This document shows positions 24,395 to 34,402 of a stretch of 64,000 nucleotides of DNA, piece by piece. The DNA is from a virus. The notes under the pieces were generated by a model that made no database searches, had not been told where the DNA came from, and saw only the letters and a program-made list of their open reading frames with translations. Position 1 is the first letter of the stretch, and the number at the start of each line of letters is the position of its first letter. Both the position numbers and the translations under genes were made by a program. The stretch spans positions 3,734 through 67,733 of IMG/VR virus record IMGVR_UViG_3300011116_001253; one strand, written 5' to 3'.

Positions 24395-26245
24395 ATGTAC
24401 GATAAAGCAGCACTAGGTTTACAGGAAGAAGCCAGATTACAGGGTAGGGTTAATGGGATTGTTTCCCAATATAGCAACATCGGATCGAGCAACCCTACTA
24501 AAGGACCAACAGCGAGAAGCCTATTCTACGAAGCTGGAAAAAGGATTCCTGGTAAATATGGACAATTTCTTTTTTATGCCCTAGGCAGTAGCGAGAATAA
24601 CTTCATAGACGCATATTATAGATCAGAAAATGGTGAATATAATATACAAACATCATCAGTAAAATCAAAAAATCCAACAGCTTCCTTTCTAGTTTCAGAA
24701 ACTGTAAAACTCCAAGCCAGAGCCAGTGATACTGGAATTTTAAGCGGTCTTTTTTCAAGATTTGAAGGTGACGTTATCGGTGGACTTTCTGCTCCATATT
24801 ACTGGAAAGATTTTCTTTACTGTAAATATTATGGAACTATTCCTAATAATTACATGATTACTTTACGCAGATTCCCTAGTCCAGTTTTAGATAATTTATC
24901 AAGCCCGAAGAAATTAGATAAAAATTCGGATGGATATTATACAGAGGGAGTAATGAGACCTGTTGCTCAAGCCGTCACATGGTTTGGTGGTAATAGTGGT
25001 AATTCACTAAATGACCTTATTTCATTTTCTACCGGAATCCAATGGGAGTCTAAATCCCAAGAGGCCATAAAAACACAAGAAGCTTATAGTAAAGGCTTCC
25101 TTCAAGATGGTTTAGTTGGTGATATTAAGCAAGGATTAAGTAAAATAAGTGATTTAGCATCTAATGTATATGATATTGGAGAAATAATTATAGAAGCAGC
25201 AATAGCTGCTACTGACCCTAGTGAAACCCTAACTAAATCAAGAAGAGTAGCATCTTTGAGGGATAAGGCAAAGAATTTAGGAGAAGCTGGTGGTCTAATG
25301 AGCGAGTATATTTGGACCTCTGTTGATGTTGTTAAAAATACTTACGTTAGAGGAATAGGATTACCTTTCGATTGGAAGGATATAGTAGTTGTTTTTGATT
25401 ATGAATTAACATCTGTCGGTGAAGTTAACACCAAAGCTGCTATGCTTGACATCTTGGGAAATATATTATCAATTGGAACAAACTATGGTGTTTTTCTAAC
25501 TCCTGATACTAGATATCATTCAGCTTTACCTGCAATAAGATTCCCAGGCGGGGATGCTGGCTTGGAGCTGTATTATAGAAATCCTGTAGGATGGTTATCT
25601 AAATATGGCGATGAAATTACCAAAATTGTAGAAAAGGCATCATCATCTGCTGATGAAGGAAACGGTACACAAGGACAAGCGGAAACCCAACAATTTAGAA
25701 AATCCATAGACCAGATCGCAAAAGACGGTAGTAAATCGGATAACGAATCTTCAAATTTCTTTAAGCAATTTTTAGCTAGTGATGAGGTCAGTAGACTTTT
25801 CAAATTTCAACAAACTGCAAGTTTTATTGAAAATTACCAAATGCCTTTAAGCTTCTTGACTGGAGCCCCAATTGGAGAATGGCATCTCACTATAGGAAAC
25901 CCTTGTAATCCGATTGCAATGATAGGAAATCTAATTTGCAGTAATGTGAAGATTGATTTCACTGAAGCTTTAGGACCTGATGATTTTCCAACTGGAGTAA
26001 AAGCAACATTTACTCTACAACATGCCAGAGATAGAGAAAGAGGCGAGATTGAAAGCATTTTCAATAGAGGAGATGGAAGATTATATCATTCTGCTCAAGA
26101 AACTTCATCGAATCAGCAGAGTTTCAGCTCATTTGCTGATACTGCGGGTAACGTTTTGAGTTATGACTCACCAGGATCTTTACAGGATGGATTCTGGAAT
26201 TCACAGCTGGACAGTATACCAGATCAGCTAGGACCAAATAATTAA
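24395..26245 (+). CDS. Putative baseplate / tail-tube initiator-like structural protein
   Basis: First gene of the baseplate cluster. The C-terminal WHLTIGNP..PIAMIGNLIC..V.I.F...DDFPT..KATFTL is tube-fold-like. The call rests mainly on context. Confidence 0.45.
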   Translation: MYDKAALGLQEEARLQGRVNGIVSQYSNIGSSNPTKGPTARSLFYEAGKRIPGKYGQFLFYALGSSENNFIDAYYRSENGEYNIQTSSVKSKNPTASFLVSETVKLQARASDTGILSGLFSRFEGDVIGGLSAPYYWKDFLYCKYYGTIPNNYMITLRRFPSPVLDNLSSPKKLDKNSDGYYTEGVMRPVAQAVTWFGGNSGNSLNDLISFSTGIQWESKSQEAIKTQEAYSKGFLQDGLVGDIKQGLSKISDLASNVYDIGEIIIEAAIAATDPSETLTKSRRVASLRDKAKNLGEAGGLMSEYIWTSVDVVKNTYVRGIGLPFDWKDIVVVFDYELTSVGEVNTKAAMLDILGNILSIGTNYGVFLTPDTRYHSALPAIRFPGGDAGLELYYRNPVGWLSKYGDEITKIVEKASSSADEGNGTQGQAETQQFRKSIDQIAKDGSKSDNESSNFFKQFLASDEVSRLFKFQQTASFIENYQMPLSFLTGAPIGEWHLTIGNPCNPIAMIGNLICSNVKIDFTEALGPDDFPTGVKATFTLQHARDRERGEIESIFNRGDGRLYHSAQETSSNQQSFSSFADTAGNVLSYDSPGSLQDGFWNSQLDSIPDQLGPNN

Positions 26246-26251
26246 AAATTC

Positions 26252-26839
26252 ATGTCACTATTAATAGATACCATATCAGAAAATAAGAAGGTATTCAATC
26301 CCAGTCCTAATCTAAATTCATCTCAAAATTATGGAGTTTGGGATTTGACGCAACCGTCAATTACGTACGAAGGAGTTAATGTAAAAATCCAATCCCTTTT
26401 CACCGTGACCGAATATTTACAAATGAGACCTGATTTAATCGCCCAAATAAAACTTTCGGATCAAGGAAAAATGGGAAGCCTTTTGAAATTTAATTCGATC
26501 AGTAATCCATTTTCTCTGGACCAGGGACAGCTTTTAGCTATTCCTACGGCAACAACGATTGATGATAGCTTCAGACAAAAGAAATTGAAACAACAAGCAG
26601 GAACATCAAATACTAACACAAATCCTTCTAATAGTTTTAAGAAAAATCAAGAACAGAAGAAGTTTAAGGTCAGCGAAGGAAGAAAAAAGTTTCTGGAAGA
26701 AAAAGTCAAGAACAAACCTGGTTTGATACTTCCTCCTAATATGCTTCAACCAGGTGAGGCTACAATACAAAGAGAAAATGGGTTTTTAATTTTTGCACCT
26801 AATGCAGGTGGAGGAGGAACTAATTCACCTACATCATAA
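26252..26839 (+). CDS. Baseplate wedge protein, gp53/LysM-like
   Basis: MRPDLIA...LLKFNSISNPFSLDQGQLLAIP is the gp53/LysM-type signature. Confidence 0.7.
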   Translation: MSLLIDTISENKKVFNPSPNLNSSQNYGVWDLTQPSITYEGVNVKIQSLFTVTEYLQMRPDLIAQIKLSDQGKMGSLLKFNSISNPFSLDQGQLLAIPTATTIDDSFRQKKLKQQAGTSNTNTNPSNSFKKNQEQKKFKVSEGRKKFLEEKVKNKPGLILPPNMLQPGEATIQRENGFLIFAPNAGGGGTNSPTS

Positions 26840-26850
26840 TTTTTTAAACT

Positions 26851-28410
26851 ATGGAAAGAGATTCTATTATAGTTTCTGTACTTGCAAATAATACAATTAA
26901 GCTCGATGAACAAATTCAAGTTGACAGAGCCAATGGTTCACAGAATCAAGAAGATTTAAGAAATGCAAATGAGGTTTCAGCTCAAGTAACTGGATTGAAT
27001 GTTCCTTATATAACAATTAACGGATATTCCGTAACTAATTTTTTGACCAAATTTTCTTTGGATCTATCTGGATTTCTTCCAGTTACAAGATTTTCTTTTG
27101 TAGCTGCAAAAAACGTTTTCATTACAGCAAATTATCCGAAGGACGGAGATCTGGTATCTTTGTATATGAGATCACCTGGTGAAATTTATAAACCAATCAG
27201 GATGGATTTCAACATATTAAATGTTCATAGTGATGTTTCAAGTAGATATTCAGATAGTGGTTCAGATCCTGAAGGCTTGGGTATAAATTTGAGATTCAGC
27301 ATTATCGCAGAATGTCGAATTCCTGGACTATATACACATAGAATAAAATCTTTCCCCGTAACTAGCTCTTTCGATACTTTATTACAAGCTGCTCAAGAAA
27401 TTAACTTAGGATTTGCATCGAATGAAAAATCTTTGCAGGACACTATGACGTGGATATGTCCCAATTACTCTTATTTTGATTTTTTACAGGAGGTTTCGAT
27501 AAGAGCTTTTAAAGATGATCAGGTAAGCTTTTTTGATTGCTGGATTGATCCTTATTATAATTTTAATTTCATAAATTTAGGCAATCAGTTTTCATTCGAA
27601 ACAGATCCTCAACAGGAGGTTATGTTCATACCAGGTTACACCAACAAAGGTCTTAAGCCGGATTCAGCACTTCCTGGTGTTAATCCAGCTGATCCAATTC
27701 AAACCAAATTGGTTTTGACAAATTTCTTTGGTTCTTCCCAGCTTCCATTTTTCATAAATGGTTTTACTTTAACATCTAGAGCTGGTAATAACGTTAACTC
27801 TATGGGATATATTACTGAAATCTCTTTTTATGATGAAAATTTAGCGAAAGAAGACCCAACACAAAAACTTATTAAATATGATATAGAATCATTCACAACA
27901 GAAAATGTTGGAACAGGAGCAGTTCTACAAAAGGGAAGAGCGAGAGATAATGAATATAAACAGGAAAGAAGAAGGGAATGGCTTGGAGTTTTAAATTCAC
28001 AGGTTTCACCTAATGATGGGGTTCATCCTAATTATCTACATGCGAAATCTCAAAACCTTTTAAATATGAACGACTGTACCAAACTCACTCTGGAGGTTGA
28101 ACTTGATAATTATTTTCCTGGAATTTACAGAGGAATGGTTATACCTGTAGCAATCTATATTTTTGACAACGGGATACGAAAGCAAAATGCAGGTAACATT
28201 GCCAATTCGGAAGCAAACACTGGATCTGAACCAACAAAAGATATATTTTTATCTGGTAATTATGTTGTGATGAGCATGAGCGTCGACTGGTCTTTCAGTT
28301 CTGGTGGGGTGAAACAGCATCTAACTTTGGCTAAAAGAACTTGGTATCTCAATTCGTCAGGATCGATTCCGAAGGCTTATCCAATCTCAGTTAAAAATAA
28401 CAAATTTTAA
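26851..28410 (+). CDS. Putative baseplate hub protein (gp27-like)
   Basis: Lies between the gp53-like and gp5-like genes. The C-terminal FLSGNYVV...QHLTLAKR is typical of hub proteins. Confidence 0.55.
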   Translation: MERDSIIVSVLANNTIKLDEQIQVDRANGSQNQEDLRNANEVSAQVTGLNVPYITINGYSVTNFLTKFSLDLSGFLPVTRFSFVAAKNVFITANYPKDGDLVSLYMRSPGEIYKPIRMDFNILNVHSDVSSRYSDSGSDPEGLGINLRFSIIAECRIPGLYTHRIKSFPVTSSFDTLLQAAQEINLGFASNEKSLQDTMTWICPNYSYFDFLQEVSIRAFKDDQVSFFDCWIDPYYNFNFINLGNQFSFETDPQQEVMFIPGYTNKGLKPDSALPGVNPADPIQTKLVLTNFFGSSQLPFFINGFTLTSRAGNNVNSMGYITEISFYDENLAKEDPTQKLIKYDIESFTTENVGTGAVLQKGRARDNEYKQERRREWLGVLNSQVSPNDGVHPNYLHAKSQNLLNMNDCTKLTLEVELDNYFPGIYRGMVIPVAIYIFDNGIRKQNAGNIANSEANTGSEPTKDIFLSGNYVVMSMSVDWSFSSGGVKQHLTLAKRTWYLNSSGSIPKAYPISVKNNKF

Positions 28411-28418
28411 TCCTTTAG

Positions 28419-28426
28419 GATAAATA
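28419..28426 (+). promoter_or_regulatory. Late promoter box GATAAATA
   Basis: Intergenic, upstream of 28448. Confidence 0.6.
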
Positions 28427-28447
28427 ATAAAAATAACCAATAAGAAA

Positions 28448-30736
28448 TTGCTTGCTATAGACCAACAACGAAGTTTATTCCTAAAAGGCTTTAAACTTTC
28501 AAACCAAGGAAAATATGAGGACCCAACATATTTAGGATTCAAAGTAGTTTTTGACTTCGGAGTTTTGCCGGTTAGAGCTGATGATGGACTTGCACCAAGT
28601 CCATTATTTAAAGTTGATAATTATGTTGATCAACAATTTTTTCCACTTAATCCTTTTGCACAACCACAGTATTCATATAAGACCGGACCTAATATAGCTT
28701 ACTATTCAGCAGCAGGATTTCTAAGAGAAAGAGAGCAAAAATTCCCAAGAGGTGGTAAGAGATCTGATATGTTATATCAGTTCAGAAATCTTCTGAACGA
28801 TCTGGTTACAAATTCACCTTGGTTTTTCCAATCGATTGATGGGTTGGATGAGTTAGAAAAAGTAACAAGACCTGGATTTCCTTCTTCAACTGATGAAAGC
28901 TTCAATCCGCAGAGAACAGCTGACAAAGTCCTCACTTTTAATACACTTGAATCTTTAAATTTAAGAATGACTGCACTGGCAGATCTTTATAATCAGGCTA
29001 CTTTTGATTATGATAACATGAGAGAATTGTTACCTAGAAATTTAAGGAGATTTACTATGTTTATCTTTGTTCAAGAGATAAGAAATTTTTTCAAAACATC
29101 TAGGCTTATTGGATCATCTGCTGCACTAACAACCATTAATAATTTAGCAGATTTACTAGGATCTGGAAATAATCCAGGAAGTAATTTAGGAGCGGCAACA
29201 AGTGTTGCCAATCAATTTGGCCAAGAGTTTGGCCAGGCATCTTCTGGTGGCGGTGGAAGTCTATCATCATTCGTTGGTAATGTTTTTAATAACTCAGGTG
29301 CTGATAATGATTATTCTATATTCACAAATCAACAAGATCAGAGTGGGATTAAACCTATGCTAATCTACGAGTGCAGAAATTGTGAATTTGATTTTAGCGA
29401 TAGTACACCAATACCTAGCTCGATAAATGTTGGAGCTGATTCCGCCAATCCGGTAGGACAAAGTTTTAAAATAATAGTTGGTAAAGTTAGAAAAAAAAGC
29501 CAATATCCAAATATCAGACAGGATGGAAAGCCTTTGATTTTAGGAGAAAGTTGGGACGCTGCAAGATCTTCAGTTCAAGTAAATCCTCAAGACACCAACG
29601 ACCTCCTTTCTATTGGAGAAGAGCTGTTAACCAATTTTATTAGTAATTCATTGAATGATCTGATAAATGAAGGTGTAACTAATTATGTTTTACCTGCTCT
29701 TGCCGGTGCTGATAAATTAGCTTTAGGAAACGTATATAGTTTTGATCCTGGTCAAGTTTTATCTAGATTATCTTTTAATAGTGCCCAGAATTTTCTAAAT
29801 CAGTTAGGTAATGCAACAGCATCATCTTTACCTAATCCACAAACATTAGGACAAGGTGGTCCTCCAGAAAGAGCTTACGTGAAGCCTAGTGGTGATGCTT
29901 ATGTAACAGTACCAGGAAGAGATCTTGGTGTTCCCGACAGAGTTTATGGAAAACCAGTCGGTGATGTTTATGTTGACGTCCCAGGCAAAGATCTTGGTGT
30001 TCCGGGAAGGGTTTATCCTGCTCCTGGAGGTGATGTTTATGCTGACGTACCAGGAAAGGATTTAGGAGTTCCTGACAGAGTTTATGTTAAACCTTCAGGC
30101 GATGTTTATACTGACGTACCAGGAAAGGATTTAGGAGTTCCTGATAGGGTTTATGTTAAACCTTCAGGAGATGCTTATCCAAATGTACCAGGCAAAGATC
30201 TAGGAGTTCCTGACCGTGTCTATCCTGAAATTTCCGAAGATGCTTATAATAATGTCCCGGGTAATGATCTTGGTGTTCCTGACAGAGTATACGGTAAACC
30301 AGGTGGAGATGTTTATTCTAAAGTTCCTGGTTCAGATTTAGGTTCTCCTGAAAGAAATTATAATAAGCCACAGGGGAAAGTTTATCCTGATTCGCAGCCA
30401 TCACCAAAGCTGGGTGAATCTCAGGTTTATCCTGATTTCGTTCCGTCGCCTATTATCGACATTTCTTCGCAAAAAGTTTATGTCGATGCACCAAAAGTTT
30501 CTTATAATGGAGAGCTTAGAGATGAATCAAATACCTTTACAACCAAACCTGGAAGTGTGTATAAACCTCAAAAACCATTCACTGGACAAAGTAAAGGAGA
30601 CATCGGTAAAGTTTATCCCCAAACAACTGGAGATTTTATTGTTGAAAAACCTCTAAATTTAGGAAATCTCAAGCCTTCTGACAAATATAATATAAGTTTA
30701 GGACAAAATAATCCTGATCCAAATCAGTTCGAATAA
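28448..30736 (+). CDS. Structural protein of the baseplate/tail cluster with C-terminal 23-aa repeats (TTG start)
   Basis: 762-aa ORF. The N-terminal YEDPTYLGF...PWFFQSIDGL...LESLNLRM region is tube/baseplate-like. Pro/Gly/Val-rich repeat tail. Confidence 0.55.
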   Translation: MLAIDQQRSLFLKGFKLSNQGKYEDPTYLGFKVVFDFGVLPVRADDGLAPSPLFKVDNYVDQQFFPLNPFAQPQYSYKTGPNIAYYSAAGFLREREQKFPRGGKRSDMLYQFRNLLNDLVTNSPWFFQSIDGLDELEKVTRPGFPSSTDESFNPQRTADKVLTFNTLESLNLRMTALADLYNQATFDYDNMRELLPRNLRRFTMFIFVQEIRNFFKTSRLIGSSAALTTINNLADLLGSGNNPGSNLGAATSVANQFGQEFGQASSGGGGSLSSFVGNVFNNSGADNDYSIFTNQQDQSGIKPMLIYECRNCEFDFSDSTPIPSSINVGADSANPVGQSFKIIVGKVRKKSQYPNIRQDGKPLILGESWDAARSSVQVNPQDTNDLLSIGEELLTNFISNSLNDLINEGVTNYVLPALAGADKLALGNVYSFDPGQVLSRLSFNSAQNFLNQLGNATASSLPNPQTLGQGGPPERAYVKPSGDAYVTVPGRDLGVPDRVYGKPVGDVYVDVPGKDLGVPGRVYPAPGGDVYADVPGKDLGVPDRVYVKPSGDVYTDVPGKDLGVPDRVYVKPSGDAYPNVPGKDLGVPDRVYPEISEDAYNNVPGNDLGVPDRVYGKPGGDVYSKVPGSDLGSPERNYNKPQGKVYPDSQPSPKLGESQVYPDFVPSPIIDISSQKVYVDAPKVSYNGELRDESNTFTTKPGSVYKPQKPFTGQSKGDIGKVYPQTTGDFIVEKPLNLGNLKPSDKYNISLGQNNPDPNQFE
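29891..30373 (+). repeat. Seven tandem 69-bp / 23-aa coding repeats (GDVYxDVPGKDLGVPDRVYxKPx)
   Basis: Counted in the translation. Degenerate VY-P units continue downstream. Confidence 0.9.
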
Positions 30737-30738
30737 CT

Positions 30739-31440
30739 ATGTCAAGTGAAAAAACCTATCTCGGAAAAATAGTAGATAATAGGGATCCTCTTTATCAGGG
30801 ACGCGCTAGAATTAATGTTTTTGGTTTCTTTGATGATATTCCGACCGAAGATTTACCTTGGGCCGAACAAATCTCTGGTTTGTCTTTTGGTGGAAATTTC
30901 GGAGGAGGAAACATTTCAATTCCTAGAATAGGAAGTATCGTGGCTGTTAATTTTGCAGAGGATAATTATTACAAAATGAACTACCACTACGTCAAAGAGA
31001 TCGCCCATGATCTTTTGGCCGAACTCAAGGAAGAAAATTCATATGAAGGTACTCAATCTTTAATTTATGATTCTGAAGCCCAACCTGGTACCTTAAAAAT
31101 GATCTATACACGTAAGAATGGACTTGTTTTTCAGCTTGGTGATGCTACGATTCAACTCGACACTCAAAATTCAGGAACCGACAAAGAAAAACTTCGTGTG
31201 AAAATTAAAATGAATGACGATGAGATAAGAATGGAGAAAAGCGGAGGTAAGCAAAAAGTAATTATTAAATCTGATAATATCGAGCTGGGAGAAGAAGCTA
31301 TCGAAAAAATCATTTTGGGAAGCTCATTCCTCAGTCTTTTCAACAGCCACACACATCCAACTGGTGTTGGCCCGTCTGGAGTTCCTGTTGTTCCAATGAC
31401 AGATATTCAACATCTAAGCCAAGTTTCAAAAACCAAATAA
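30739..31440 (+). CDS. Baseplate central spike (gp5 OB-fold / gpV-like)
   Basis: N-terminal OB fold: YLGKIVDNRDPLYQGRARINVFG...LPWA...IPRIGSIVAVNF. C-terminal FNSHTHPTGVGPSG carries the HxH metal-binding apex. Confidence 0.85.
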   Translation: MSSEKTYLGKIVDNRDPLYQGRARINVFGFFDDIPTEDLPWAEQISGLSFGGNFGGGNISIPRIGSIVAVNFAEDNYYKMNYHYVKEIAHDLLAELKEENSYEGTQSLIYDSEAQPGTLKMIYTRKNGLVFQLGDATIQLDTQNSGTDKEKLRVKIKMNDDEIRMEKSGGKQKVIIKSDNIELGEEAIEKIILGSSFLSLFNSHTHPTGVGPSGVPVVPMTDIQHLSQVSKTK

Positions 31441-31441
31441 T

Positions 31442-33142
31442 ATGCCTGCAAATTGGAATTCTTTTGTCTCTAATGTTTCATCAAAGCTAGACAATCAATC
31501 TTTTGATGGTAGCTACGATCCAGCTGGTGAAAATGTAAATGATTTTTCAACCTATCTTGCACAGCAGTATATCGAGGCAACAGTTAATAAAGCTCAGACC
31601 CCTTATGGAAACACGCATCAAAAAGGTGACGATAGAATCTTAATTAATTCCTTTACCGAAGCTTTTAAAAAGCTTCAAACCCAAACTTCTCCAACATTGG
31701 ATGAAAAAAAGAAGGATCCTAATTACAGATCATTGAATGAGTCTCCAAAGGAACAGGATGCACAGTCGAGCCAAGATCAGTTCTATTTAGATTTTTTGGC
31801 TTGGACTGAAGACAATTCAACAACAATCGGTGATTTTGTTTATTCTTATTTTTTCACGCAGTTTCCGAATTTTCCATTAACGCAGGATCAGCAGGTTATA
31901 GAAATAGCGAAAAGAATAATTAATAGATTTGATGGTAGTTCTGATTATTTACAATGGATATACACTCTAAAATTACAGAATGATGAACTTTCAGATCTTT
32001 CTAATCGGGTATACGATAAAATAATTGAATTGATAAAGGGAATCACTCAAAAAGAAATTGCTGTTGGAGATGATGTTCAAGGGGTAGCTGTATATCCGCT
32101 GCTTTCTAACGGTGTTGAAAACACATTTCAAAGATCTAATGGAGCAGGAGATATAGTAAGAGGCAAGGTTGTGTCAATCGAACAAACTAATGGATTACCT
32201 ATATACAGGGTTTCTACAAAATTTCAGGGAAGATTAATACAAAGAACACTCAGAAATGAATCAATTCAGAAAAAAATAAACGTTGATGATTTTAAAAATG
32301 TCAAAGATTTAAACCTGAGTCGAAAAATTTTACAAGAAACCAGGGTTAATGATCCTGAAAGAATTCCGACTTACGTGACCGGTAAATTTATAACAAGATT
32401 CACATACGATCCAAACACTGATAAAAATTTATTTACTCGTATAATCTCTAAAGCTTTATCTTATAGTGGAGACACTCTTAATTCCTTTCAGACTTCTTCT
32501 GATCAGGCTTTAAGCATTTCGAATATTATTTATAGTAAAGAAATACAAAATTTCTTAACTGGAAATTTCACAAATATAAGTTTTACTGGTTCTTCCTTGC
32601 TAAATCCAAATTATCTCAAGAGTGATTCTGGTAAAAATGATTACACAAGTATTAAAGGACTTCTTTCTGAAGTCTCAAATAAAAAAATATCTAACTACAC
32701 TTTGGAATCTGCAGTTTACCTAAATCTCAAAAGAAGGTATCTAGATTTTTTAACTGCACAAGAAAAAAAACCAATAGAGAATATAGATCAAGAGGATCCA
32801 TATCAAATAATGGCAGATGGCGTTATAAAATATTGGGCTAGTTGTTTAGATAAGCCATTTTCAAGTTCACCTCCTATACCACCTTGTACCATAACTCCTC
32901 CCTCTAATGGAGTTTATTTGGGCATTTATTACGGATCTACTAGAAATCTTTCGGATAACATCAGACGATCTTTCAATAACGGTAAGAATTTAAATGATGT
33001 AAAAGCTGGGTCTTTAGTTGCTAATGCCTTAGCTTATTCTTTTCAACAACAACTATCAGAAATGAAGTTCATATATTTTGGTGGAATACCAACATCAAAC
33101 GGTCCAGTGCCGATGACTGGATTTGTTTCTATAGTATTTTAA
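31442..33142 (+). CDS. Hypothetical baseplate-associated protein
   Basis: 566-aa ORF 1 nt after the spike gene. SH3-like insert (IAVGDDVQG...GKVVSI). Confidence 0.5.
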   Translation: MPANWNSFVSNVSSKLDNQSFDGSYDPAGENVNDFSTYLAQQYIEATVNKAQTPYGNTHQKGDDRILINSFTEAFKKLQTQTSPTLDEKKKDPNYRSLNESPKEQDAQSSQDQFYLDFLAWTEDNSTTIGDFVYSYFFTQFPNFPLTQDQQVIEIAKRIINRFDGSSDYLQWIYTLKLQNDELSDLSNRVYDKIIELIKGITQKEIAVGDDVQGVAVYPLLSNGVENTFQRSNGAGDIVRGKVVSIEQTNGLPIYRVSTKFQGRLIQRTLRNESIQKKINVDDFKNVKDLNLSRKILQETRVNDPERIPTYVTGKFITRFTYDPNTDKNLFTRIISKALSYSGDTLNSFQTSSDQALSISNIIYSKEIQNFLTGNFTNISFTGSSLLNPNYLKSDSGKNDYTSIKGLLSEVSNKKISNYTLESAVYLNLKRRYLDFLTAQEKKPIENIDQEDPYQIMADGVIKYWASCLDKPFSSSPPIPPCTITPPSNGVYLGIYYGSTRNLSDNIRRSFNNGKNLNDVKAGSLVANALAYSFQQQLSEMKFIYFGGIPTSNGPVPMTGFVSIVF

Positions 33143-33174
33143 AAAATTCTCCATAAATAAGGAACTTAATGGTG

Positions 33175-33182
33175 GATATATA
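33175..33182 (+). promoter_or_regulatory. Late promoter box GATATATA
   Basis: Intergenic, upstream of the S1 gene. Confidence 0.65.
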
Positions 33183-33214
33183 GTAAGATTCTTAACTTCT
33201 TAAACACAAAAAAT

Positions 33215-34402
33215 ATGACTCACTTTTCGAGAGAAAACGAAACAAACTTAATTGATTTTGACTGGAACATCCAGAACGGGAACAAACCTAACAGAAAACT
33301 AAAAAGAGTTCCTGGTGGATTCAAGGTGTACTGCCATGAACCATATGCACAAGGACTTCTTGATTTATTTAATTCTTATTTTTCAGGAAACACGCAGATT
33401 GACGAGCATGGAAAAGACCTCATCGAAGGAATGGTTTATCCTTGTAAAATCGTTGTTTTGAGAGAGGATGAGGCTTTAGCTCAGACCTCAACAGGACAAA
33501 GCATCTATATAGATTTGAAAAAAGAAAAGAAGGACGCTGAAAAATTGGATATTAGTGGTCTTTCATTTAATATAGGAGATGTTGTACAGGCTAGAGTGAG
33601 ACTTTCTGGATCTAATTATTATGGTTCGGTGATAGAGTATTACATGCACAGCTTAAGATTGGAACTTTTTGAACAAATCAAAAAGGAATCTAACGCTTAT
33701 TTGATTAAAATAGAAAGTATCAACAAAGGAGGATATATTGTTGATTTATCTGGTATAAAATGCTTCCTTCCAGGTTCACTTGCAGCTGCTAATAGAATAA
33801 CAGATTTTGAGTCTTATATAGGAAAACAGCTTCATGTTATGATGGAAGGATATGTCGAAGCCAAAGACATTTTCATAGTTTCTTACAAAAAATACCTTAA
33901 CAAGATTATGGAATCTAAGATCCAAGAATTGGATCTAACCAAAAAATATAAAGGTTTTGTAACAGGTACAAGTGAATTCGGAGTCTTCGTTGAATGGGAA
34001 GAGGTTTACACTGGTTTAATCCACAAAACAGAATTCTTAGAAGAATCAGAATTGACAACTATACATCCTGGCGATGAGATTGAATTTTATGTCAAAGAGA
34101 TAAAAGACAATAATCGTTTAACACTTACTCTAGAGAAACCCCTTGAAAGAAATGTTATTATACAGGATCTAGAAAATCAAATCAAAGAAGGATCTGAAGA
34201 TCCAATCGAAGCAAGAATAAAACACAGAAGAAAAAATGGGATCTTAATAGAGCTATCTAACTTAGGTTTAATGGCTTTAGTCCCTCAGGATAAAATTGGA
34301 AAGAGAGATCGAAATCTAAAACCTGGGGATGATCTGCTAGTAGTAGTTTATGAAGTCGAACCATCTAGCGGAAAAATTTACGCTAGAACCTTCAATGACT
34401 GA
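33215..34402 (+). CDS. rpsA: Ribosomal protein S1-like protein (about four S1 OB domains)
   Basis: INKGGYIVDLSGIKCFLPGS (bS1 domain-2-like), GFVTGTSEFGVFVE..VYTGLIHKTE (domain-3-like) and GILIEL...ALVP...LKPGD. Confidence 0.85.
   Translation: MTHFSRENETNLIDFDWNIQNGNKPNRKLKRVPGGFKVYCHEPYAQGLLDLFNSYFSGNTQIDEHGKDLIEGMVYPCKIVVLREDEALAQTSTGQSIYIDLKKEKKDAEKLDISGLSFNIGDVVQARVRLSGSNYYGSVIEYYMHSLRLELFEQIKKESNAYLIKIESINKGGYIVDLSGIKCFLPGSLAAANRITDFESYIGKQLHVMMEGYVEAKDIFIVSYKKYLNKIMESKIQELDLTKKYKGFVTGTSEFGVFVEWEEVYTGLIHKTEFLEESELTTIHPGDEIEFYVKEIKDNNRLTLTLEKPLERNVIIQDLENQIKEGSEDPIEARIKHRRKNGILIELSNLGLMALVPQDKIGKRDRNLKPGDDLLVVVYEVEPSSGKIYARTFND

Noticed and set aside
29891-30373. 69-bp repeats as a CRISPR array or DGR template/variable repeats
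   Set aside because: The period is a multiple of three and variation falls mainly at wobble positions rather than being adenine-specific. No reverse transcriptase is present in the window.
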